A stretch of 56,999 nucleotides of DNA, counting the filler, from Dirinaria sp. TL-2023a (lineage: Eukaryota), in NCBI GenBank assembly GCA_051941275.1. It is 6 parts of 6 records of this genome, joined end to end, with 100 filler letters (N's around TTAATTAATTAA, not from the genome) between each part and the next. Parts side by side here need not be neighbours in the genome. Positions count along the whole stretch, not along the records: positions 28,576 to 37,993 come from JAVEBF010001059.1; positions 38,094 to 47,497 come from JAVEBF010001060.1; 4 more parts are not named here. One strand, given 5' to 3'. Within the stretch, counting starts at the first letter, position 1; every line of letters starts with the position of its first letter. Positions 34,139 through 47,597 of this stretch are shown here, piece by piece. The notes beneath the pieces were generated by a model. The model saw nothing but the letters and a program-made list of their open reading frames with translations, made no database searches and had not been told where the DNA came from. Both the position numbers and the translations under genes were made by a program.

Positions 34139-36153
34139 ATGCTCCTATTCTTTTTATTATTCTTCTTTTTATCGTGCTGCTTCCTGCAAGTTACACCCAC
34201 CTCTGCTACTGCACCTTAAGCTCATGACCACAACTTCCACCAACGGCACACCATGAATAGCCATATTACTGCCTTTATTGAGTCGCTCAATCTACCCTCC
34301 CCACAGGTGCAGGATCTAAGCAGCAAGCTCGGTGGTGATGCAAATCTTGAAGCTTTTCTCACCGGCAAGGACCATGACACACCTGCCTTGATAAAATTGG
34401 CATGTCTATCGGCAGAGGTCTGCCTAGGAGCTGACTCCGTCCAGACAGCACCAGTAAATGAAACTGAGGTTGATAGAAATTGGTCTGTACCCCTCCTGCC
34501 AGCACGAACGCACAAGCCAATACTTTGAGAAAGGTCTGAAGCCTGCTGGCAAGATCCGTCATGTGCTGTGCTTCCGTCAACGGCACAGGATGTCTCCAAG
34601 ACGCTCAAAATCGTCAAGTTTTTCCATGTCAAATTCGCCGTCCGTAGTGGCGGCCATTCTCCAAATCCTGGCTGGTCTAGTATCCAGAGCCCAGGCCTCC
34701 TTATCAACCTGCGCAAGCTCAACCAGATGGACGTTAGCTCTGATCACAAGATTGCAAGTCTGGGGCCAGGCGGTCGCTGGGGAGATGTGTTTGCGGCCTT
34801 AGATCCCTACGGTGTAAGCGTGATTGGAGGCCGGATCCCGCATGTTGGAGTCGGAGGCCTCATACTTGGAGGTTTGTAACACCCTCTCCCCCCTTCTTTT
34901 CCACTCTTCTGCCTTGAGCACGGCTTGTGAACGTAAACTGGAACTATTTTAGGGGGATTCTTCCATTTCTCTGGACAGTATGGCCTTGCTGCGGACAACG
35001 TGCAGAACTTTGAGGTAGTGCAGCATCAGATGGCCTGTTTCGAGACAGTCTAATTGCTTTGACAGATTGTTCTCTCAGACGGGACCATCACGAATGCGAA
35101 TGATCATGAGAACACCGATCTCTTCTGGGCTTTGAAAGGCGGTGGATCAAATTTCGGTAAGAGACTTTGTCCAAACCAATCGCGACGGATTTTCCAATTT
35201 AAACGCCCCGGCAGGTATCGTGACTCGATTCGACCTATACACTATCCCAGTACAAGGTATCTGGTATCAGGTAGGAATATACACTACTGATCAAGTCCCT
35301 GCAATTCTGGATGCCTTTGCCGAATGGCAAGAGAAGGGCGGCGCTTCGGACGTCAGGTCAACCGTAGCTCTCATCATCGGACTAGAGACTACCACTCTAG
35401 GATTGATCTACTCAGAGCATACCGACAAGCCCGCAGCCTTTGCTCCTTTCTACGATATTCCCCCTGCAACTATCGCGGTACCACCAACAAACGGTACAGT
35501 CTTGAGTATCACTCAGATACTCGGCTCAACATTCTCAAACGCGCCTATGCGGTACGATTTGTTGTCCTACTTTCCCAACAAAAGAGGAGTGCTGATAAGT
35601 CTAAAGCCATGACTATCGTGGCGCAGCCTCCAAGATCGACGCACAACTGTACAAAGACGTCCACACATTCTGGAGAGAGCAAGCGGTTGCGGTCCACGAA
35701 AGCACCGGAGCGAACATGAGCTTCGTTCTCCAGCCGGTGCCGGCAAACCTGGTGGATCAAGGCGTCGCAAAAGGCGGCAACCCCCTGGGACTGCCCAGAT
35801 TAAATCACCAATGTAGGCTCATTTTTCCAACAGTCCATGTGGCTCTTCTCTGTTGCGCTGACCACATATAAAATCCAGGGTGGACGACTCTCGTAGACTG
35901 GCAAGATGCCAAAGACGACGCGACCGTAAGGGCAGCTCCGATTGCGGTCTCTGAGAAATGGCGTGAACTTGGCGAGCAGCGCGGCTTGAACGTTCCGTTC
36001 TTGTTCATGAACGACGGGTCGAGGGATCAGAACCCTCTTTTGCACTATGGCGCGGACAACCTGGCTAAGCTGAAAACTGTGTCGCGGAAATATGATCCAT
36101 CTCAGGTGTTTCAAACTTTGCAGAATGATGGCTTCCTACTAGCGAAGGCGTGA
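34139..36153 (+). CDS. FAD-linked oxidoreductase (FAD_binding_4/BBE-like) with a premature TAA after the signal peptide; frame open from ATG 34253
   Basis: FAVRSGGHS (covalent FAD His), [39 protein letters not shown]. Six introns (34483-34533, 34872-34952, 35015-35065, 35157-35215 and two later). In-frame signal peptide [23 protein letters not shown] from 34139, TAA at 34217-34219. Confidence 0.85.
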
Positions 36154-36616
36154 GGACAGGATGTATTCATTGCTAGCCATTTTCGAGTCTTCTCGACGAA
36201 CAGTAGCTTAAGATTAAGAGAATTGATAAAACTAGACATGATTTCCAGAGGTTATAATTGTTCAGGGTTGATCTAAGGTCACGTGCGGACAGTTCTGTTA
36301 GCGTCCTGCATTGTATTGCAATTGGACTCGTAAAGATTCACGGACTTTTTTGCAATGAAACGGCTCATTCGATCGAAGTCTCCGCCAGCTGTGTTGTCTG
36401 GACAGAGGTTGAGATGAAGGCGCACTGCTTCTGGCTTTCGCGCCGGCGCCTTCAAAGGAACAGTCACGTATCCAATCACAGCGGCCAACGGACCATGGCG
36501 GTGAAGTTTCAGACCACCTGGCCCATATGAAACCTGTTGATCATATATGAATACCAAAAGTACACCATGTAACCTACAGAAAAAGATCATGGTCGTACCA
36601 ATTGATTTCATTCAAC

Positions 36617-37993
36617 ATGTCCAGCATACCCAATAACTATGGCGGGGTTCAAGAGAGCCCCAGACACCACCTTCGCAAACCTACAAAGACATTCTCGAGG
36701 ACATCGCGACACAAACCTAGGAGGTCGGTCTTGTTGTCAAGCGAGCTTCGATAACGGATGGAGTAAGCTAATTGACAGAATAGATGGCCACTGGCGTTAC
36801 GCTTCATCAAAGGCGCCATCCACCGGGAAATCGTCGTTCCCGTCGTTCTGCACGGCCTCTTTGCCGCCCTGATCGTCTTCCTCGACGAGCATCATGCCGG
36901 GAATCTGGGGCTGCCCGCTAGCATCGTACGTTCTCGCATTCCCTAAGGCCACTATACCGATTGCTCGAACATATGTAGCTAACATCATTTCGAACAGATC
37001 CCCTCCCTTTCCATAGTCGTCGGTCTGATGCTGGTATATCCCACTCTTCCCTCCTCTCAACCCCATCCCAACCATCTATCTAACCATTACCTTCTCCTCT
37101 TTCAGGTCTTCCGAAACCAAACATCCTACAACCGTTTCTGGGACGGCCGGAACTACCTCACGATTATCATAACCTCAGTGCGCAACCTGACCCGCTCCTT
37201 CCTCGCTTGCAGCCACCCCACCTCCCTTCCCTCCCCTCCCGATCCGAACTCAACAACAACGCTCCTCGCAGACTCAAAAAAAACAGCGGCAACAACGCTC
37301 TCCGCCCGCGCGGACACGGAGCGCGCAATCAGAATCCTCATCGCCATCCTGTACGCCGTGAAAAACCACCTCCGCGCCGACTGGGGCGCGACGATAATCC
37401 CCGGGAGGGCGATCTCGGCGTCCACAGGCACCGCAACCTTATTGCCTGAGTACAGCGATCTGCTGCCGCAGGGGTTAATGAGTTTGGATGATCGCGGGCT
37501 GGGGCTACCGCTTCAACTCACGTTTCTGGTGGAGATGTATATCCGGCGCGGCTTCGAGCGGGGATGGTTCCACGGGCCGCAGGCGAGTATGATGCAAGCG
37601 CAGTTGAACACTTTGGTCGATGCGTTTGGAAGGATGGAGACGATTCGGCTGACGAGTGTACCTGTTGCTCATCTGTACGTTTCCTCCCTCATCCCTCCCC
37701 TTTCCAAAAAGTAAAACAGAAGCCAATACAATGTCCCAGAATCCACCAAAAACAAGTGCTGGCCGCTTTCGGCATGGTTCTCCCCTTCGCCCTGGTGTCG
37801 CAGATGGCATGGTGGGCCGTTCCCATCGTGGTGCTGGTCACGTTCACGCTGTACGGCATCGACGGCATCGCGAGCCAGCTGGAGGATCCGTTTGGGTTTG
37901 ATCGGAACGATATCAAGATGGATTCCATCGTCGAGGATATCCGGGATGAGATTGCGGTGATGGTGGAAGAGTGGAAGAGGGTTGGGGATAAAG
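36617..37993 (+). CDS. Bestrophin/UPF0187 (YneE-like) anion channel, 3' end cut by contig end
   Basis: Spliced reading KPRR|WPLALRFIKGAIH...IPSLSIVVGLML|VFRNQTSYNRFWDGR...QLEDPFGFDRNDI; four introns. Confidence 0.87.
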
Positions 37994-38093
37994 NNNNNNN
38001 NNNNNNNNNNNNNNNNNNNNNNNNNNNNNNNNNNNNNTTAATTAATTAANNNNNNNNNNNNNNNNNNNNNNNNNNNNNNNNNNNNNNNNNNNN
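37994..38093. other. Artificial contig spacer
   Basis: N run with TTAATTAATTAA core. Confidence 0.98.
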
Positions 38094-38395
38094 GAGGGGG
38101 GAATGATAGATAGAGTCAGTGGCTAATGAGGAATCTTTGCTTAGAGCGTGCGTGATAAAAACTCAATAGATAGCGATGATGACTGGCCGCATAGATAGAT
38201 AGATTGGTGAAATCATTCCATCCACAATCTCGACCCATATCCTCCTCATTTACCTCCAATCTCGCCCACTAGCAAGACCTAATCATGTACTCACTCACTC
38301 GTAACATGATCGATGTTCCAACTATGATTGACTACCTTGGCCCGTGGCTCAGGGTATATAAAAATTTCGCATGCATGCCAGGTCTCGAATCTCGC

Positions 38396-39910
38396 TCAAA
38401 ACACCACTTTCTTCCCCTGAAACGCAACGGCGTTACCGCTGCCCGCTTTCTCCTTGGCCCTTTTCTTCGCTTCCCACGAGGGATGCAGCGGACCTTCTTT
38501 CCATGCACCTCCCTTTCTCTCGCCACCAAGAGGATCGCTGTTCGCGCCGCTGCTTACGGTCCCCCGCTTGGCTCCACTATCTCTCCCCATCCCTCTCCTC
38601 GCGCCTCTACCACCTTGTCCCATTTTCCCTCGGGCGTCGCTACTAGCCCCCCTTCTGGCATCCCATCCCGCGTTCCGGTCCTGCGGCTGTCTTTCCCTCG
38701 TCTGCTGCTGCTGCTGCTGCTGCTGGATGTGTTTAGCCCGGCTGCCGAATTTCTTCTCCCAGATGGCCCGCCGCTCTTGCTGGCCGCGCCGGTTCTTGCG
38801 CGGCTTGAGAGCTGGCGTCTCTTCGTCCTCCGGGGCCGAGTCCGAGCCAGACCAGTACCCCCCGATGAGGGAAGGTAGGAAGGTTGTTTGTTTGGTGGGG
38901 GCTTTGGGAAGCGAGGGGGTTTTGGCGGGCTTGGACACGGGATGAAATGCTGCCTGGGGAGGTGATTGCGAGCGTGAGGAGGATGAAGGGGAGAGGGATT
39001 GAGATGGGATATACGTAGGAATGGTATCGTGCACTTTCTGCGGCCAGTTGTCGTGGGAAGGTGTGTGAGATCGGGCAACCTTGACTCCGCCTTCGTCGGC
39101 AGAGTCACTCTCGTCTTCAGATTCGGCCAGCCGTGATCTGTAAGCGTCGTAGTTGATACTTTCGTCGTCGCTCTCAATCGGCTCCTGTTCACCTGGTTCA
39201 CCCGAGAAATTGGCTTGATTGCCTTGCGCCTGGTTGTTTGGATACTCAGTCTGGACTGCTTTCTGAGTCTCTGAAAGGTCGTTGGGCGGCTTTTGGCTGC
39301 TCGAAAGAGACTTGCCCTTGAAATCGGCTACTCTCAGCCTCTTCTTCTTCCGTGGCCGTTCATCGGAAGGAACCCCGAGTTCCTTGTACACATTTGCTAG
39401 CAGATCGGCCATCACTGCTTTGACCGGATTCGCGTTCATGAGTCGCGCAGTAACATTGGCACTTGCTACATCTTGATACTCGAAAGGCTGGGCTAATTTT
39501 TTAGCAACGTACGTGGGAAACGCAGGATGGGTCGATATTGGCTTCGATTTCATCAGCGATTTGTAGAGGTGGGTCTCCGAGATCGACAGGAGGTCAAGCT
39601 CCTTCATATGACCTATCAGCAGTGATCCGTCGTCTCCACAGGTTTACTTACCGACCTTCAGAGCCCTGACCTCCTCTGCCAAACGTGCTGTTTCCGACGC
39701 CGCATTTTGCGCTTTTGCGGTCTTCTGCCTCCTCCCCAATTTCTGACGTTCGAAACCTCGGCTGACTTTCATGGCCCGACATAGCGCCTTTTTGCCGTTG
39801 TCGATGATCGCATCTATTCCGCCACCTCGGCGTTGGATGGCAGTCGCGTTCGAAGCGCTGAGGGGGAGGTCATCCTGGTCTGAAAATTGCTCGAGCTTTC
39901 GTTTTGGCAT
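38396..39910 (-). CDS. BUD22: Bud22/SRFBP1-family ribosome biogenesis protein
   Basis: GFERQKLGRRQK, RKNRRGQQERRAIWEKKFG, LHPSWEAKK, FQGKKVVF. One intron at about 39655-39602. CAG/polyQ tract at about 38703-38724. Confidence 0.9.
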
Positions 39911-40172
39911 CGCTTATGGTATGAGCTTCAGTTACGTAAGAAGCTGGCGGACACTTTGGTGGTTTTCCTCAGCACGCGCCGATGATTCATTGACACATTC
40001 GAATTACAGAATATGTAAGGTCAGGTAAGAGCAATAGCAATGTCTGCGGTACCACTTCAGTACCACTTTAGTATGTCGGGCATCCAAGGTTTGAGCTAGT
40101 CGTAAGGCATGCCAAGCCTTGGACTTTTACAAAAAAATAATTAATTTGTGATTAGGCGCTTCAACTAAAGTA

Positions 40173-40263
40173 GCGGTCTTAGCTCAGTTGGGAGAGCGTC
40201 AGACTGAAGTTTAAAATCAGTCATCAAATCTGAAGGTCGTGTGTTCGATCCACACAGACCGCA
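40173..40263 (+). tRNA. tRNA-Phe(GAA) with 18-nt intron (40210-40227)
   Basis: Acceptor stem GCGGTCT/AGACCGC, D arm AGCTCAGTTGGGAGAGC, anticodon arm TCAGA-CTGAAG^A-TCTGA, T arm GTGTGTTCGATCCACAC, T5 terminator 40267-40271. Confidence 0.97.
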
Positions 40264-41126
40264 CGCTTTTTGGCTTCATACGTATACGTGCTGCGATAGT
40301 TAAGGTAAGTATTACTGGTTTGTGCCCAATCAATTACGTATTTCAAATGGATGATTGAACTATGCTCCAGCCGACTTTGCTGAAGAAAGAAAATCAGAGA
40401 CATTGAATGTCCTAGCAAAAACAGGTGCATAGCTCGTGGCCCGCTAATTAGCGCACTGATTGTGTCCTTCTCCTAATGATACTGATTGAGATTTCCCAAT
40501 TTGTCTATTCAGCAACGCTTCTGCATGAGTGAGCCAGTCCACTGTCATTTCGTAGATGCAGTTTGCCATACTTAATCACGCAGAAAAAGGTCACTGGGTG
40601 CTGGTTCGCTTGACCAGAGCTGGAAAGAGCAATAAATCAACCGCAAGGGACAATTGTTTGCTCGTTTCGAGGAACAGCAGCGATGCGGCATTTTCAGGAT
40701 TAGATTTAATGGGTAACTCGCTTTAGAGATTGGCCATTGTAGAGAATCGAGAATGATTGAAGGAGCCAAAGGGGTAAGTACATAATGCCACCTCTTGATT
40801 TCCAGAGAAGGTCCGAATCCAGGCTTGTGGACCCTGTACCCTATCTGCCTATCTCCAAAACCCATTTCAAGAGCTTAATGCGTTACTACAACTACTCTTT
40901 TATAATATACATCGTTGAAAATATTTCTACTTACCACGCTTTCGCGGCTTCGTAAGAAGCGAGCTGGTGCACTTATGAGCCGAGAAACTCACAAGGGCCA
41001 TGAGGGTGCTCATCAGTAATAAATGTGTATCAGATGCGATGTATCCACTCAGTGCGCCCCGCCAAGTCCGCTTCTCTGCGGTGACGGATCAGGCGTCACA
41101 GGGTGGTTGAGGTCACGAATTTAATC

Positions 41127-43081
41127 TCACTTCGGCCTTCGAAGCGGGTGCGCCTCGGTGTTGAAGACATAGTCATCGAGGCTCACGAGACTTGGCTCGC
41201 TGAAGATAAGGTAGAAGTATTTCAGCGTTTCGGCGAGCCAAAAGGACTCCATCTTGTCTTTCTGATTGGCGGCGAGGTTCTCTAGATTGGGGGCTACCGT
41301 GACGTCCTCAATGGCGGCATTGGCGATCTCTGTACGAGTGAGACGCGCGATACCCTCAAACATGGCCCAAGCAGCATCCTGATACGTTCGGTCGCCTGTG
41401 ATACGATAGTGAACGAAGACCGACTCGATGGCTTCAGGGCTAGAATTCAGAGGTCAGAGTTCATAAGCTTGCAGATGTACGAATAGGAAACCTACCGCAA
41501 GCCATATTCTTTGCTTGGAAAGCCTAAAATACCTGGGAGATCTTTGCGCTGTGTTTCTGCTTTCCATTTTTCTTCGTCCCAGGTGCAGTTTCCCGTCTTG
41601 GGGCAAGCGGCTAAGACGGTCATTTCGGGCATGATATTTGTGGGCATGCGCTTGTAATTCCAGACACAAGCGTCGACCAACTGGCGGCCTGTAACCATGT
41701 CTTCCGGGTTGTTAAAGATCTTGGCGCCAATTTCCACCATGCCTCCAACAAAGCATGTCAGGTGATGGAAGAGATGACCGAGAGATATTTCACCATTCTT
41801 CCCAACCTTGGCGTCGCTGGCGATTAAGAGATCGCTGTTGTCAGGCGTCATAGGACGCCAGAAGAGGTGCTTTTTCATGGTATCGAGGGCTTTTTCATAC
41901 ATTCTTTGATACTGGGTTACGGCATTCGGGTCTCCAAGAAGTAGGTATTCCTAGCAATCGTTAGCAGGAGCTTTCTAGTCTTACAGTATGTGAACGGGAA
42001 TCTCACTTTGGGAAGATACTCATAGGTCGAGTCCGCCCTGGCGCCAGCACCAAAAGAGGCTTCTTCGAATTTGAGCTCGGCGGCGTTTACTTGAATAGGC
42101 CATAAGCCTGGCATCTTAGTGTTTTTCTGGGCCTTTTCGAGCTCATCAGTAATACGGGCGATTGCATCGTAGTACTTGGGATCTCCCGTCAACTGCGATA
42201 ACCGGGTAAATTCGAGGGACATGGAGCCAAGGCTGGCAAGCGATGTTTGTGTACCAGCCTGCATCTGCTTTCCAGCAACGGCACTAGTCACAAGTCTCAG
42301 CATTCTGTCTTCGGTAATCTTAGAACGTAACCTACTCCTTCCATTTCCAAGGATGTTGGGGCATCCGAGTTGGAGTATCAAGCGCTGCGTATAGCATATC
42401 CCCAAATTCGTGAGCCTTTGTTAACAGGACGGGATATCGGCCTCCGGAGACGTCGTAAGCTGCCAAAAGACCAGCTAGGTACCTGATAGTCGTCTCGAAG
42501 ACACTCAAATTCTCTCCGTTCGATCTCGAAAAGTCTTTTTGACTGATAGCTTGTACAGCCTCCTCAAACTCCTCGTGGAGGTCCATAATCCACAAGGTAT
42601 CTAGCGCATCAACTAGGGTGGCTGCCCATCCACCAAACTGGTTCTCCGATCCTCCAGTCTTGGGGAGTACAGCATCCTGAAGCCAAGCATGCTCCTTGTA
42701 GCCTTGCCACGCATGCTTGAAGCAATCTTTTACAGCTTGTTGTCTTTCTTTTCTCTTCCTTCTATCCCCCGGCCATTCCCATCGGGACGCATGCTGGATC
42801 TTGGGAACGTGCGCTGGTCGTCCGGTGGGCAGTGGTCGAATGTTCTTCACGGGGTTGTGCTGATGGAACTCGGCCCACCGATAGGCAGATTCTGGTGGAG
42901 GTTGCTTAACGTAAGGTGGCGCTTTTGGAGGTACAAGTGGCCATGAGAAACTGCGCAGAAGCAAGAGGACGAATGCGGTGACCAAGCAAAAAGTCAACCA
43001 TTTTCTTTTGAAAAGTGCAAGACAGAAACGAGTTCTGGTACGGAGATCACCGTTCTGCCACGCGTGAGAAAGATATGCCAT
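41127..43081 (-). CDS. GH47 class I alpha-1,2-mannosidase (type II membrane)
   Basis: N-terminal TM, FGGWAATLVDALDTLWIM, SVFETTIRYLAGL, ADSTYEYLPK, LRPEAIES, DKMESFWLAETLKY, NTEAHP; three introns. Confidence 0.93.
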
Positions 43082-45513
43082 TATCAAATGAGAGCATGAA
43101 CATGTTGCCAGGAAAAGGTATTAATATTCCAAGAATTGAGATCCCATTAACTATAAGCTGACAACATAGTGGGATTATTGCTCCTACACAGCCTAGAGCC
43201 GTAGGCCTAAGCAGGCCGCAGCTGAGGCACGGGCTTTAGCTGCATACTGCAGGGGTAGCGGGAGCACCAGTGGTGGTGTTGGTTCCTCGGTTCACTCCTT
43301 CCAAGGAAGAAAAGCCGGTCTGAGACGCTGACAACGCGGAATCTCGTCACGGATGTACCTGACTTCAGGTACTGTACCCTTCAAGCCATGTGGACACTCG
43401 GGGCGACTAACTATGTGTGGAAATTTACTTGTCAAGAGAAGGATGCTGATTGCTGGCTCTAACAGCGATAGCGATCGGGCAAGGGTCTGTCTAAGGTACC
43501 TGATAGAGTAAGATACATGCCCGAGATACCTTACCCGTAGGTACGAGTTACCGAGATAACTTACCTAATCATCCTTAGTCGCAGTAGCTGCGGGACGTCG
43601 GGCGGCACCGAAATCTTCCGTTTTATCGCCTCGTTACCGCCTGAACCCCCTACTTTGGTGACACCTTTCTCCTTGACAGATTTCGAAAGCAAATCAGGAC
43701 CACGCAAAACCTCTCCACTATCGATTTGGCATTCGTGGCATGCAACAGGACGACATATGGCTGGAATCAAGCTTACTCAGATAAGAAATATTCGCGCTGG
43801 TAGTGGCTCCAAGAGGGTAACCACGGCTAATACCATCGGATACTCCAGCAGGAATGGGTTTTGATAAAGCTTGACTGGTCTATCGACGCAATAAATCATG
43901 TTCGTAATGACTCTTGCGCTGGCTTTACTCGGCTTGCGCAGTTAGTAGTGTCTCTATTGGTCTTTGGACAGGTGTACGCCGTCGTGAGGTGCTCAGAGAT
44001 GCCTGCTTCCCACCAGACGATGTACTAGATGACGTTCAGCATGAACGATTCAGGGCGCAAAGGCCTGTGGGGCCTCGATTCCAATTGAAACTCTTGTTGA
44101 GAAACGCAGGAATGTTATCATTGTCTACGCGATGAACAACTTGCCTTTGCTCGCAGACTATAGTCGCTCTCTTGGTGCAATTCGCCGTGGCAACATAGCT
44201 GCTCGCAGCGTCAAATGGCTGCAGTGCATTGATCTATCTGAGGAAGAGTCGCCGATCCAGCGGCAGAAACGTAATTAAGTGTACTTTAGACAAAACCCAG
44301 GCGGGAACTTCGACTGGTCAAGTACTCCAGCAACTCAGGAGTTGCCTTTATAGGACGCCATCACGAGTCTTCGAGGTATATCGTCGCAATCTGGGAAAGA
44401 CCGTGGCCTTCTCCAAATCTATGTGCTCAGACAAGATCGTTTTTGTCAAGGTATACTTTGTTTTTTCCTTTATTTCTCTGTTGAAATATACGAGTTAATA
44501 CAAGTGTCGATAATGGTCGTTGTTAGCATCAACCTAGATCAATCCCTAATGAAAGCCACGGGGCAAAGACCCAGGCGCGGAAGTGATGGAGGTGGGTCCT
44601 GCCAGGACGCCAAGCGGGGAAGTGCTCTGTTGTCAAAGCAGTAGACGAAGCCTAACTGTACCCAACCTACGGATTGCGAAGCTGGTTGAAATTCTTGCGG
44701 CAAAATGATATAGATGTGGCACCGAGTAGGATACAAGCCGAGCTCATAGCTGGTTGATTCTGGTGAGTGGCTTTCCTCGCCAACGTGAGATGAGGCTATA
44801 TATTTGCCCTGCTGCAAAGTCACTGGACCCTCACAGCTTCAATCCGACAATATTCCGTGCCAACGGAAATTTCGATTACCTATTATCGGATGAAACGGGC
44901 CAGAGAAGGTTGATTTTCAGAGTACTACGAAAGGACCTCACGTCGAGGCTGTTATTGCACGGCAGAAGGTGAAGCGAATTTTCCGTGATCCCTTTGATCG
45001 CAGCGTATGACTGCGAAGACAGGTGAGCATGAAGGATTGAGTTATTGCAGGGTGAAAAGTACTCGATTAGCCTGCGCACGAATTCCTAGCCTATTTACCA
45101 TGTGAACTTCATCTTCCTACACCAGAAGATCAAAGAGGAAGGAGAACCCACCAGCGCTGAGTTTTCCGATTTCGACACAACACAATGGATGAGAATCTCT
45201 GCGTTCGGAATTAGCTGTCCCTCCTGGGTTGGATGCAGGGCGATTCTAAATGGACGCCTCGCAGATTCACAGTACCAATCTCCTCGACACACTGATTTGG
45301 TAAGATTCTTTACTTGCCAAATTGACATCATGGATTTGTCGACGAAACCCAGAGACATATGCACCTGTACATGATTTTTCGACAGAGTGCGGAGATTATG
45401 CACCTCGGCAGGGGTTATGCACAAAATCCGGGGCAAGATGCAACTCCACATGATGCATGAACCGACAACGCTAGTCCCACAGCAAATGGAAGGACAGATA
45501 TGTAATCGATCGA

Positions 45514-45520
45514 TTAGTAA
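45514..45520. promoter_or_regulatory. Yap1/AP-1 response element TTAGTAA upstream of the GST gene
   Basis: Exact TTA(C/G)TAA match about 275 bp upstream of ATG 45795; overlaps palindrome TAATCGATCGATTA (45503-45516). Confidence 0.45.
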
Positions 45521-45794
45521 GTCGAAGCTCATTGCATGCTTGGTATGAGGAACTACTGTATTCATGATAGAAAACAATCATCCACTCTGAACCAAGTGGG
45601 GGGCATGCATTATCCTCGGGAATTAATAATCTTTCATTAATTAATCCTTTCGTTTTCATCTATAACATGATTGATAATTGTGGGCCTTTCCATTTCGACG
45701 TTATTACTACTTTTACTACTTAATCGCTCCTCCAACCCCTACGGCTCATACTACAAACCAATTACCACGTTGAAAGCACAGAAAGTCAAAGACA

Positions 45795-46523
45795 ATGCCA
45801 TCGCAGCTTCAGCCGATCAGACTCTGGGGTCATATTGGCCCAAATCCGCCCAAAGTCAGTATCATCCTCGAGGAACTCGGTCTCCCCTACGAAATAACCC
45901 CCATGGAGACCTCTGAGGTCAAGAATCCCGAATACGTCGCCATCAACCCCAACGGTCGGGTACCAGCCATCCATGACCCGAACACCGGCATCACACTGTG
46001 GGAGTCGGGCGCGATTCTGGAGTACCTGATCGAGGTCTACGACAAGAAGCATCAATTAAGTTTTGCGCCGGGAACCCTGGAGTCCTATCATGCGAAACAG
46101 TGGCTCTTCTTCGCCTCTACTGGACAAGGACCCTACTATGGACAGGGGGTGTGGTTCAAGAAATACCACTCGGAGAAAGTGCCCAGTGCCGTTGAGCGCT
46201 ATGCCAAAGAAGTGAACCGTGTCACAGGGGTTCTCAATGGGCATTTGGCTCAGCAGAAGCAGAGTCACGGCGCTAGCGGTGATGGACCATGGCTCGTGGG
46301 CGACAAGTGCTCGTACGCCGATATTGCCTTCATCCCGTGGCAGATGCTGATCGAGTTGGCACTCACGAAGGAGGAGTACAATGTGGATGACTTCCCATAT
46401 GTGAAGGAATGGCTCGGCAAGATGACAGAGCGTACGGCGGTGAAAACTGCTTTTGTGGAGAAATCTTTGGCAACCGTGAAACAGTCAGTTGGCGATTTTC
46501 CGGACGTTGCAGACAGCAAATAA
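45795..46523 (+). CDS. Glutathione S-transferase, Ure2/GstA-like
   Basis: GPNPPKV, INPNGRVPAIHDPNTGITLWESGAILEYL, WLVGDKCSYADIAF; intronless. Confidence 0.95.
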   Translation: MPSQLQPIRLWGHIGPNPPKVSIILEELGLPYEITPMETSEVKNPEYVAINPNGRVPAIHDPNTGITLWESGAILEYLIEVYDKKHQLSFAPGTLESYHAKQWLFFASTGQGPYYGQGVWFKKYHSEKVPSAVERYAKEVNRVTGVLNGHLAQQKQSHGASGDGPWLVGDKCSYADIAFIPWQMLIELALTKEEYNVDDFPYVKEWLGKMTERTAVKTAFVEKSLATVKQSVGDFPDVADSK

Positions 46524-47497
46524 AGGTCTACGTGATATCTATCTGATTCGTCTGTAGCACTCTACTGTTACTGGGCAAGCAGAACAAGGGTCTCCTATTT
46601 AATTCGAAGACTGACACATTATACTTGTTCATAAGAATGCATGCGAAATACTATACCGAACACGATATTGAACCGGCACGATTGCTCCTATATACCCATT
46701 AAATGGTCCCTTCGAGCCGGGCTTAAGAGGTGCATTGCAAAGATTTGTATGCAATGCCATGTAGTCTATTTCTTTCAAAACAATCATCCATACCTCTTAG
46801 GTGAATTAATGTGCACAAAACTGATTGACTGGAAGAAATACGGCTTAAGGCGCAATCAGGCCTGGCATGCAGATACATGTTTTTCCTTAGCTAATGCAAG
46901 ACCCCATGTCGAAATTGAAATGCGGCGAAGAATGGGTGTGAAGAGCGAGGGTTTTTTTTTTTTCTTTCTTTTTTTTGTTGTTGCTGAATGTGCTAGTGCT
47001 GGCCGGTGTCAACGACAAAAATAAGGAAAGGAAAGGGAAGGAATGTAGATATTAAATTACATTCTCGAGCGATTCTCTGCATTCTCTACGATGGTTAAGG
47101 TGCATCGATGCGCTATCGTAACAAAAACTCATGAGTTAATGACTGAATTCGAGATATCTCGGTCTTAGGTAGAGACGAGAACGAAGCAAATCACAAAAAA
47201 ATTTCTCGCTGCTCCATTCCTCCCGCAGTACATCCTCAATTGTCCTCCCCTGAACCAACAGCTATTTTTTAAAATCCCTTTCTTTGTGCCTTTCTGTGAT
47301 CTTAGATCCAGCAATCAGGTCAGGTCAGGCCAGGAAGATAATTTCTGAAGAGAAGTAAAAAAACACGGAGTATGCAAAGATAAGGAATGATGCTATTACC
47401 TACATCTATCCCATATATATATATATATATTCCAGCAAAAGAGAAACTTCCAATCAATCCACCTCCCCATTCTTTGTTATATCAGCCACTATAATAT

Positions 47498-47597
47498 NNN
47501 NNNNNNNNNNNNNNNNNNNNNNNNNNNNNNNNNNNNNNNNNTTAATTAATTAANNNNNNNNNNNNNNNNNNNNNNNNNNNNNNNNNNNNNNNNNNNN
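47498..47597. other. Artificial contig spacer
   Basis: N run with TTAATTAATTAA core. Confidence 0.98.

Noticed and set aside
43900..45400. Short ORFs between the mannosidase and GST genes
   Set aside because: No recognisable domain or consistent exon chain.
9475..47533. Regularly spaced TTAATTAATTAA repeats
   Set aside because: Synthetic six-frame-stop linker embedded in N runs.
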